Shown piece after piece: positions 20,822 to 28,915 of a stretch of DNA of 64,000 nucleotides. Position numbers and translations under genes: made by a program. A model generated the notes under the pieces. That model did not search any database, was not told the origin of the DNA, and saw only the letters and a program-made list of their open reading frames with translations. Source of the DNA: Nitrospirales bacterium (GTDB taxonomy: Bacteria > Nitrospirota > Nitrospiria > Nitrospirales > UBA8639); assembly GCA_965223295.1 (NCBI GenBank), contig CBDCWC010000003.1, positions 1,632,001-1,696,000 on the forward strand, given 5' to 3'. Within the stretch, counting starts at the first letter, position 1, and each line of letters opens with the position of its first letter.

Positions 20822-22990
20822 ATGAAGTTGCTGAAGCAGTTATTCGTTCGGGTGACAGGAAACTTTTTTGGCACTGTTGTACCAAAGTTTCGTCCGCAAT
20901 CTGCTAGGAAGGCGACGCCCTCTCTAAAGCTGGTCTCTCATAATCCTCATCCGGTGGCGACTCCGGAAACTGCCTTGCAACGTAGCGCACAGCTTGGCCA
21001 TATGGAGTCGCTGGAATCAGCTCTAAAAAAAGGTGAACAATGGCTCCTGAATAGGCAGAATGCCGACCAAGGTTTTTGGGTTGAGGAATTAGAAGCGGAT
21101 ACAACGCTGACATCGGACTATGTCATGCTTCGCAGGTTTCTGGGTTTGGTGGATCCTGAACGAGAACGAAAATTAGTCCGTTATCTCCTGCATATGCAAC
21201 TTGATGACGGTGGATGGCCGATTTATGCTGGAGGCTCTGGTGATACCAGTGCGACCGTCAGGGCATATTTTGCTCTAAAATTGTCCGGTGTCAGTGCTGA
21301 TGAACCCGTGATGCAGCGAGCTAAGGAGCTCATTTTACAGAGAGGGGGTGTCGCGCAAGCGAACGTTTTCACAAAAATAATATTGGCCTTGTTTGGCCAG
21401 TATGATTGGCGTGGACTCCCATGTATGCCACCTGAGATTTTTCTGGCCCCACAATGGTTTTATTTTAATCTGTATGCCGTATCCTATTGGTCTCGTGCGG
21501 TCATTATTCCACTTCTCATTGTCTTTGCCCATCGTCCGCTCTGTGCGATTCCTCGTGAGCAGGGAATTGAGGAGCTTTTTGTCAAACCTTTGGGTTCAGA
21601 AGATTTTTCGCAAGTGCCACCCCTGCACCGTGATTCGACATTTCTTAGTTGGCGAAATTTCTTTGTGTGGGTAGATAGTCTTCTTCGGCTCTATGAGTCC
21701 TATCCAATCAAATCTCTCAGAAAGAAAGCGTTGAAAGAGGCAGAGCGTTGGATGATTGATCGTATGGATGGCGAAGGTGGGCTTGGAGCCATCTTTCCTG
21801 CGATGGCCTATTCGATCTTTGCCCTGAGGTCGCTTGGGTATGCCACAGACCATCCGCTCATTCAGAAAGCTCTAGATGAAATTGAGCAGCTCGAGGTCTA
21901 TTCAAATTCTACAAATAGTTCTGCACCTGGCATGTTGCATATGCAACCTTGCCATTCTCCGGTTTGGGATACGGCTTTAACCATGCACGCGTTGATTGAA
22001 AGTGGTATCCCCCTCAATCATATGGCCCTAACAAAGGCCGATGCTTGGCTTCGATCTCGGCAAACTCAAAAGGTGGGTGACTGGGTTGTATCGTCACCTG
22101 AAGCAAAGCCAGGGGGATGGAGCTTTCAATATGAAAACGATTGGTATCCAGATGTAGATGATACGGCTGCGGTGATCACGGCTATGGCGAAAATTCATCA
22201 AGCTGAAACGCCTGACTTTGATGAAGAGCTGCAACGTGCGTTTCGATGGGCATTGGCGATGCAAGGATCGGATGGGGGTTGGGGTGCCTACGATAAAGAT
22301 AATAATAAACTCATTTTCAATAAAATTCCTTTTGCTGACCATCAAGCCTTGTTGGACCCCAGTACGGCAGATTTGACTGGGCGCTGTTTGGAAATGTTAG
22401 GTACCTTAGGCTATGACCAGTCTCATCCGGCTGTTGGTCCTGCTCTTGATTTTTTGCGTATGGAGCAAGAACCCAATGGCAGTTGGTACGGGCGCTGGGG
22501 TGTGAATTATATTTACGGAACATGGTGTGTGCTCTCTGGCCTGCGGGCCATTGGCGTAGATATGACGGCACCATGGATTCAAAAATCTGTCTCCTGGCTC
22601 GAATCCGTTCAGAATTCTGACGGAGGTTGGGGCGAGTCTTGTGAATCCTATGCTGATGTCGAGACGGCAGGTCAGGGAGAGAGTGCCGCGTCACAAACGG
22701 CTTGGGCGCTTATGGCCTTGCTTCAGGCCGGTGAGGCCGACTCTTTAAGTGTGGTTCGCGGAGTGAACTGGCTTATTCGCCATCAGCGTGAAGATGGAGT
22801 CTGGGACGAACCGTTTCACACTGGTACGGGTTTCCCTCGGGTTTTTTATCTGCGATATCATGGCTATTTTAAGTATTTCCCCATTTGGGCCTTAGGTATG
22901 TACCGAAATGTCAAAGTGACTGGTGAAGCCAGAGCCGATCAATTGCGCAAAAAGGCCCAAATTTCAAGACAGCAACGCAAATTGCGGTAA
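20822..22990 (+). CDS. shc: squalene-hopene cyclase
   Basis: Catalytic DVDDTA motif; QW repeats (QLDDGGW, QGSDGGW, QNSDGGWGE, QREDGVW); GTGFPRVFYLRY. Confidence 0.97.
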   Translation: MKLLKQLFVRVTGNFFGTVVPKFRPQSARKATPSLKLVSHNPHPVATPETALQRSAQLGHMESLESALKKGEQWLLNRQNADQGFWVEELEADTTLTSDYVMLRRFLGLVDPERERKLVRYLLHMQLDDGGWPIYAGGSGDTSATVRAYFALKLSGVSADEPVMQRAKELILQRGGVAQANVFTKIILALFGQYDWRGLPCMPPEIFLAPQWFYFNLYAVSYWSRAVIIPLLIVFAHRPLCAIPREQGIEELFVKPLGSEDFSQVPPLHRDSTFLSWRNFFVWVDSLLRLYESYPIKSLRKKALKEAERWMIDRMDGEGGLGAIFPAMAYSIFALRSLGYATDHPLIQKALDEIEQLEVYSNSTNSSAPGMLHMQPCHSPVWDTALTMHALIESGIPLNHMALTKADAWLRSRQTQKVGDWVVSSPEAKPGGWSFQYENDWYPDVDDTAAVITAMAKIHQAETPDFDEELQRAFRWALAMQGSDGGWGAYDKDNNKLIFNKIPFADHQALLDPSTADLTGRCLEMLGTLGYDQSHPAVGPALDFLRMEQEPNGSWYGRWGVNYIYGTWCVLSGLRAIGVDMTAPWIQKSVSWLESVQNSDGGWGESCESYADVETAGQGESAASQTAWALMALLQAGEADSLSVVRGVNWLIRHQREDGVWDEPFHTGTGFPRVFYLRYHGYFKYFPIWALGMYRNVKVTGEARADQLRKKAQISRQQRKLR

Positions 22991-23062
22991 GTCTTCACTC
23001 TATTTTTCAGATTTTTCCTCTAGAAATGACAGCAGGAGCCGATTCTGACCAGAATCGCGATA

Positions 23063-23836
23063 GTGACGGCATCCAGAATAGAATTTCATGCCGTTGTCCG
23101 TGCTCTTCCAGTTACTCACTCCGTTCCCCACGATGGACATCGTGCCATAACCTATAATGGGCAAGGGCTCCATGTTCTCGTGATTCAGTCAGGTATAGGA
23201 CCCGTTAAAGCCCGCATCGGTACCCAACGACTACTTGATGCTCAATCATGGGATGTCTTAATCTCTGCAGGTTTTGCTGGCGGCCTCGATGACACTGCCG
23301 CTATCGGCTCCGTATTGATTGGGCAAGAAGTTTTTGAGACCTCTTTTTCCCCTCACTCCCTTCCGTCGCGACCAATCATGTGCCATTCTGATTGGGTCAA
23401 AACGGCCTCGACTGTTCCTTGGCATGGGCACGGGGTTTTACGGATTGGAAAATTTACATGTGTGGATCGTGTGCTCACTCATTCAGCAGAGAAGTATTCA
23501 ATAGGGATTCGGTCGGGGGCGGTGGCGGTGGATATGGAAAGTGCGGCCATTGGGCAAATCGCTCAAGATAATGATTTGCCATTTTTGATTGTGCGGGCCA
23601 TTTCAGATGGCGTCAATGATGATTTGCCGGTAGACTTTAATCTTTTTCTGGCGCCATCAGGCTGGGTGGCTGGAGTGACGCGCATCTTATCGACACCGAA
23701 GTCATGGAAAGGCTTCTTGAATTTGTACCGGCATTCGAAGCAAGCCTCTCAACAGCTCACCTTATTTTTTGAAGCCTTTTTCTTTACGGTTTCGACTATG
23801 CCAGAATCTTCAGCTTCTTTACTGAACAAGTCATAG
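23063..23836 (+). CDS. hpnG: hopanoid-associated nucleoside phosphorylase (PNP/MTAN fold)
   Basis: SGIGP, SAGFAGGL, AVDMESAA, RAISD; directly downstream of shc. Confidence 0.75.
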   Translation: MTASRIEFHAVVRALPVTHSVPHDGHRAITYNGQGLHVLVIQSGIGPVKARIGTQRLLDAQSWDVLISAGFAGGLDDTAAIGSVLIGQEVFETSFSPHSLPSRPIMCHSDWVKTASTVPWHGHGVLRIGKFTCVDRVLTHSAEKYSIGIRSGAVAVDMESAAIGQIAQDNDLPFLIVRAISDGVNDDLPVDFNLFLAPSGWVAGVTRILSTPKSWKGFLNLYRHSKQASQQLTLFFEAFFFTVSTMPESSASLLNKS

Positions 23837-23839
23837 CCT

Positions 23840-24607
23840 ATGAACATGATTCAAGCACTAGGAGCCCGAGTCATCGCTCAGATTGAAGAAATGGGAGCCA
23901 TGTTGCTGTTTCTGTTGCGATCCTTTGGGTGGCTATTGCGACCGCCGTTGCGATTGCATCAAATCGTTAAGCAAATTCATTTTATAGGCTTTAAGTCGAC
24001 ATTTGTGGTTATTTTGACTGCTCTGTTTACCGGGATGGTTTTAGCGCTACAAGGGTACTATTCCTTGAGAAAATTTGGATCTGAAGGCCTATTGGGGTCC
24101 GCTGTGGCGTTGAGTATGATACGAGAATTAGGCCCAGTGCTGGCCTCGCTGATGGTTACAGCCCGGGCTGGATCGGCCATGACGGCAGAAATTGGTATCA
24201 TGCGAATTACGGAGCAAATTGATGCATTGGAAACCATGGCCGTCAATTCTCTTCAATATCTCATTACACCGAAAATGGTGGCGGCACTGATTTCTGTTCC
24301 GCTTCTTGTGGCCCTATTTGATGTTGTGGGAATCGGTGGGGGTTATGTTGTGGGCGTGAGGTTGTTGGGAGTGAGCGGAGGAGCATATTGGAGTTCAATT
24401 GAATCGGCTGTGGTGTGGAAAGATGTCTATGGGGGAATATTAAAGTCAATTAGTTTTGGCCTGATTATCAGTTGGGTCTGTTGTTATAAAGGCTATTATA
24501 CGAGAATGAGTGCAGAAGGACTGGGAAAAGCCACGACAGAGTCTGTCGTTCTGGCTTCAGTCCTTATTTTAGTCTGGGATTATTTTTTAACTTCAGTTCT
24601 CCTGTAA
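23840..24607 (+). CDS. mlaE: MlaE-family ABC lipid permease
   Basis: IRELGPVL, ARAGSAMTAEIGIMRITEQIDALE. Confidence 0.93.
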   Translation: MNMIQALGARVIAQIEEMGAMLLFLLRSFGWLLRPPLRLHQIVKQIHFIGFKSTFVVILTALFTGMVLALQGYYSLRKFGSEGLLGSAVALSMIRELGPVLASLMVTARAGSAMTAEIGIMRITEQIDALETMAVNSLQYLITPKMVAALISVPLLVALFDVVGIGGGYVVGVRLLGVSGGAYWSSIESAVVWKDVYGGILKSISFGLIISWVCCYKGYYTRMSAEGLGKATTESVVLASVLILVWDYFLTSVLL

Positions 24608-24617
24608 AAACCAACAG

Positions 24618-24773
24618 GGGAGTGTTGAATAATACAACGCACCAGAGGCAAATTTGCACATGATCATATAGGATGCCAACAGCTTCGGGTCGGTTGAAAA
24701 AAGTTCGCTCGCCTGCGCGAAGCCGCTTCGACGAAGGCAGGGAACGCCGCTGGTGGATTTTTTCAACATGCCC
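24618..24773 (+). mobile_element. MITE-like repeat, copy C (internally shortened)
   Basis: Ends GGGAGTGTTGAATAA / TTTTTCAACATGCCC; flanked by CAACA(G/T); internal end at 24687. Confidence 0.8.
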
Positions 24774-24777
24774 CAAC

Positions 24778-25542
24778 ATGATTGATATGGATTCGTCGCG
24801 TACTATTCAGTTGAAGGATGTTGAAAAAACGCTTGGGGGCCAACCTGTTCTGCAAGGTGTGGATTTAGGCATTCCCAAGGGAGAGATTACCACTATCATC
24901 GGCCCAAGTGGTGAAGGAAAAAGCGTGTTGTTAAAACACATGATTGGGTTGATGCGTCCCGACCATGGGCAAGTGTTGGTGGATGGGGTGGATTTGACCA
25001 AAATTCATGATCAAGAATTGCATGAAATTCGAAAGAAATTTGCCATGTTATTTCAGTCTGCTGCCCTATTTGATTCGATGAATGTGTTTGATAATGTTGC
25101 CTTTCCTTTGCGAGAGAAACGATTGGTCTCGGAATCTGAAGTACAGCAGGCTGTGCAGGAGATGTTAGAACAGGTGGGATTGGGGGAAATGGGCCACAAG
25201 TTTCCTGCTGAGCTGAGTGGCGGGATGAAAAAACGCGCCGGCTTGGCCAGGGCGTTAGTGATGGGCCCAGAAATCATTTTGTTTGATGAGCCGACGACGG
25301 GGTTAGATCCGCTAATGGCCCATGCTATTCATGATTTGATTTTAGCCATGCATAAGACTTTTGAATTTACGGGGATTATGGTCAGTCATGAAATTCCTAA
25401 AATCTTTCCCATTTCTGATTGGGTCGCTATGCTGAAGAATGGTAAAATCCTTGCCATGGAGCGCTCGGCCGAATTTCAACGATTGTCAGATCCTTTGATC
25501 CGTGAATTTATTTCAATTCCGAATGCTGTGCCCACACGATAA
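24778..25542 (+). CDS. mlaF: MlaF-family ABC ATP-binding protein
   Basis: GPSGEGKS, LSGGMKKR, DEPTTGLDP. Start placed after the MITE (24778 or 24787). Confidence 0.92.
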   Translation: MIDMDSSRTIQLKDVEKTLGGQPVLQGVDLGIPKGEITTIIGPSGEGKSVLLKHMIGLMRPDHGQVLVDGVDLTKIHDQELHEIRKKFAMLFQSAALFDSMNVFDNVAFPLREKRLVSESEVQQAVQEMLEQVGLGEMGHKFPAELSGGMKKRAGLARALVMGPEIILFDEPTTGLDPLMAHAIHDLILAMHKTFEFTGIMVSHEIPKIFPISDWVAMLKNGKILAMERSAEFQRLSDPLIREFISIPNAVPTR

Positions 25543-25640
25543 GTTGAAAGTTTTGTATGATAACATGAGGGGGGGCTTGATGCTTCTTTCATGTCATGGA
25601 GGCCAATGACAAACCAATTCTCTTTTCTGGGACTGCTATC

Positions 25641-26084
25641 ATGGAACGTGGCAAGCTAGAGTTCGTCGTTGGGCTATTTGTGCTTGTGGGAATTCTTTGC
25701 CTTGGGTATCTGGCGATCAAATTGGGAAAATTGGAATTAGTCGGTGGAGATTATTATGAGCTCACGGCTGATTTTTCTTCGAGTTCTGGCTTGAAAAAAG
25801 GCGCGTCTGTTGAAATTGCAGGCGTGGAAGTTGGTCGTGTGAAGTCTATTGTTTTAAAAGAAGATCAAGCTCAGGTCGTCGTGGCGATTGAAGATGGGAT
25901 TACGGTGTATGATGATGCGATTGCCTCCATTAAGACGCGTGGCATTATTGGGGAAAAATTTTTGGGTCTTTCTCCAGGAGGAGCTGGGGAGCCCTTATCA
26001 AAGGGAGGAACCATTATGGACACCGAATCTGGGATAGATTTGGAACAAGTCATTAGCCAATTTATCCATGGTAACGTTGAATAA
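25641..26084 (+). CDS. mlaD: MlaD/MCE-domain protein
   Basis: N-terminal TM helix; GLKKGASVEIAGVEVGRV; TRGIIGEKF. Confidence 0.93.
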   Translation: MERGKLEFVVGLFVLVGILCLGYLAIKLGKLELVGGDYYELTADFSSSSGLKKGASVEIAGVEVGRVKSIVLKEDQAQVVVAIEDGITVYDDAIASIKTRGIIGEKFLGLSPGGAGEPLSKGGTIMDTESGIDLEQVISQFIHGNVE

Positions 26085-26108
26085 AGTGTCTTAATCCTTG
26101 GAGGGGGT

Positions 26109-26795
26109 ATGGCAATATTAGGAGCTATGACGGTCAGAACAATTCAAAGGGTTAGGGATCAATTAGGGCAAATGAGGGAAGGGGCGTATAGACGTCCGTC
26201 TATAGTAGTTTGGGCTTGTGTCGTTATCTTCTGCCTTTGTTTGCCTTTGGCGTGGGCCGCGAGTGGTCCAACGGAAGCCGTGAAAGAGACGATCGACCAA
26301 GTTTTGTCTGTTCTTGGGGATGAAGACTTGAAAGCCCCAGGGCGAGAGGTCGAGCGTCGAGAGAAATTGGAGGCGATTATTGGGCAGCGATTTGATTATG
26401 AAGAAATGGCCAAACGCACTCTTGCGGCTAAATGGAAAAAATTAAGCACTGAAACCCAGCAAGAATTTGTTGGCCTATTTCAGCAATTTTTATCTCAATC
26501 CTATGCTGGGAATATCGATGGGTATTCTGGAGAGCAAGTGGAATATCTGAAGGAACGGTTGAAAGGCAAGTTTGCCGAAGTGCAGACAAAAGTTGTTTCA
26601 TCGAAAGTTCAGATTCCCCTGGATTATCGCCTTCTCAAGAAAAATGAGAAATGGGGAGTCTATGATGTGATTATTGACGGAGTCAGTTTGACAAAAAATT
26701 ATCGAGGACAATTTTCCAGAATTATCAAATCTTCTTCATTCGAAGGGTTACTCGACAAGCTTCGTTCGAAGTCTGACCTTGCCGCTTCTTCGTAG
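26109..26795 (+). CDS. mlaC: MlaC/Ttg2D/HpnM-family periplasmic lipid-binding protein
   Basis: FDYEEMAKRTL and WGVYDVIIDGVSLTKNYRGQF. Confidence 0.88.
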   Translation: MAILGAMTVRTIQRVRDQLGQMREGAYRRPSIVVWACVVIFCLCLPLAWAASGPTEAVKETIDQVLSVLGDEDLKAPGREVERREKLEAIIGQRFDYEEMAKRTLAAKWKKLSTETQQEFVGLFQQFLSQSYAGNIDGYSGEQVEYLKERLKGKFAEVQTKVVSSKVQIPLDYRLLKKNEKWGVYDVIIDGVSLTKNYRGQFSRIIKSSSFEGLLDKLRSKSDLAASS

Positions 26796-26804
26796 GGAAC
26801 TCGT

Positions 26805-28019
26805 TTGATGGTGCTTTTCCGTGCCTCGTGCTGGGCGGCGGTGGTCTGCCTGGCGTTAGCGGGAAGTATCATTCCCTCCATCGCCTCCGCTGAAAAATCA
26901 TTTTTTGTCGTTCCAGCGATTTCCACCTCCAAAAACGACGGGAGAGACTTTGGGATCATTGTGCCTGTGTTGGATTCAGATGAGGAAGGCAATCTCCGCT
27001 CAGTCTTGGCTCCCATGCTTATTCATAACTCATTTTTGGGACTCAGGGGGACACTAAACTACTTTCAATATTGGTCAGGTGGAAAACGATTAAAAGCGGT
27101 GGGTTCGTATACGGAAGAGATTGAACGTAAATTTAAGTTACGCTATCAAGACCCAGGGTTTATCGAGGGTTTGTTTTTCGTAGATATTGGAGCGCAGTTT
27201 TTTAAAAATGCCACAAGACGATTTTTTGGCTTAGGCCAAATTACCCCGGAGTCCAATGAATCTAACTATACTGGGCGTGAAATTCTGGTCCATTGGAATT
27301 TTGGGATTCATCTCAATGATGTGACCCGGCTGTCGGTGAATCAACGATTTCGGGATGTGCAAATTCAGCCTGGAGGTGTTGATGATGAACCGTTTTCCCA
27401 AGACGAGTTTTCCAATACACCTGGAATCGATGGTGCGACAATTTTGGCCCATCGGTTAGTTTTTCAATATGATTCTCGGGATAACCTTATTGCTCCTACG
27501 GCAGGTACGCGGGTTGAAGCGTTTGGAGAGTTGGCACAGAATTTTGACCGAAGAGAGATCATTGATGACCAATTCTATTTTCGTTATGGCGTGGATGCCA
27601 GACGGTTTTTCCCTAGTCCGTCAAAGCGGTATATTTTCTTAGTTCGAGGGCGATTACAACTAAGTTTTGGAGATGGCATTCCTTTTTTTGAACAAAGTTC
27701 GTTGGGAGGAGAAAATAACCTGCGAGGTTATGGTCAAGATCGGTTTATTGATAAGCACATGGTTGTGTTCAATGTAGAGGAGCGTATTCATCTCTTACAG
27801 GTCAAGATATTGAATGTCAATGTGGAGTTTGAGTTCACTCCCTTTGTGGATATGGGTCGTACCTATCAAGACTTTTCTTTCCGGCAATTTAACGAATGGG
27901 AGGTCACGCCGGGGGTGGGGTTCCGTGGCATTGTGCGGCCAAACTTAGTTAGCCGCGTTGATTGGGGATATAGCCGGGAAGGCGGGGCGATCTTTGCTGG
28001 GTTGGATTATCCCTTTTGA
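26805..28019 (+). CDS. Omp85 (BamA/TamA-like) outer-membrane beta-barrel without POTRA domains
   Basis: Signal peptide; YDSRD; LGG...LRGY lid motif; FVDMG; C-terminal Phe (LDYPF); only 404 aa. Confidence 0.8.
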   Translation: MMVLFRASCWAAVVCLALAGSIIPSIASAEKSFFVVPAISTSKNDGRDFGIIVPVLDSDEEGNLRSVLAPMLIHNSFLGLRGTLNYFQYWSGGKRLKAVGSYTEEIERKFKLRYQDPGFIEGLFFVDIGAQFFKNATRRFFGLGQITPESNESNYTGREILVHWNFGIHLNDVTRLSVNQRFRDVQIQPGGVDDEPFSQDEFSNTPGIDGATILAHRLVFQYDSRDNLIAPTAGTRVEAFGELAQNFDRREIIDDQFYFRYGVDARRFFPSPSKRYIFLVRGRLQLSFGDGIPFFEQSSLGGENNLRGYGQDRFIDKHMVVFNVEERIHLLQVKILNVNVEFEFTPFVDMGRTYQDFSFRQFNEWEVTPGVGFRGIVRPNLVSRVDWGYSREGGAIFAGLDYPF

Positions 28020-28051
28020 AGCGTGATGCTATTGTCGGATTGTTGATTGTC

Positions 28052-28789
28052 ATGAAAAAAGTGGTTTTTGCTCTATTGTATGTTTTTATTGTTCCCATCT
28101 TCGGATGGCCTCTTTGGAGTGTTGGAGGAGAACTCACAGAGCCAGATACGGCAGAGGGTGTGGTCCAAGAGCTTAAGCAGCTCGTGTCTGAGGGTAAAGC
28201 GAAATCTAATGACCCCGAAGAGTTACGGCATTTGGCTCATCTGTATTTGGATGTCGGCTATGGGTTGTATGTTGATCGAGAGAAACAAATAGCCTCTCTT
28301 CAAGAGGGAGCTCGATTGGCCAAAAAAGCTCTGGAGTTGGATGAATCTTCGGCGACGGGGCATTTTCTGTTTGCAGCTAATTTTGGTAAGGCCGCTCAAT
28401 TGGAAGGCTGGGTGGCCGCAATACGTGCCTTAGGGACATTACAGTATCATGCGAATCGAGTTTTGGAAATTGATGAAAATCATGTGTTGGGGAACTATAT
28501 GTTAGGGGCCATGTATGAGAAACTGCCGTGGTTTTTAGGAGGGGACTCAGAGAAGGCAGGCGAGTATCTCAAAAAAACCATTTCTCTTGATGCTCGGTAT
28601 GCTCCTGCGCACTTGGATCTTGGGAAATGGTACTTAAAACAAGGACAGACTTTGGAGGCGAAAAAAGAATTCATGCAGGTCCTTCATACACCTCCCCGTG
28701 AGAAACAATGGATTTGGAAGCGTATTCATCGACCCGAAGCAGAAGAGTTATTGCAACAAATTGGTGTTTCTAATTCCCAGACTCCATAA
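28052..28789 (+). CDS. secreted TPR-like protein, TatT/BstC-like
   Basis: Signal peptide; helical repeats; LGAMYEKLPWFLGGDSEKA motif. Confidence 0.65.
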   Translation: MKKVVFALLYVFIVPIFGWPLWSVGGELTEPDTAEGVVQELKQLVSEGKAKSNDPEELRHLAHLYLDVGYGLYVDREKQIASLQEGARLAKKALELDESSATGHFLFAANFGKAAQLEGWVAAIRALGTLQYHANRVLEIDENHVLGNYMLGAMYEKLPWFLGGDSEKAGEYLKKTISLDARYAPAHLDLGKWYLKQGQTLEAKKEFMQVLHTPPREKQWIWKRIHRPEAEELLQQIGVSNSQTP

Positions 28790-28915
28790 AGGGGAAAAGC
28801 CCAAGCCATCACACATTCTCTTCACTCATTTGTCATCCACGAAACAGGATAGTCGGTGGCAAGAGAGTGAAGCGCCTCTTACTCAGTATTTCACCGGCTT
28901 TCTATCACGAATATT

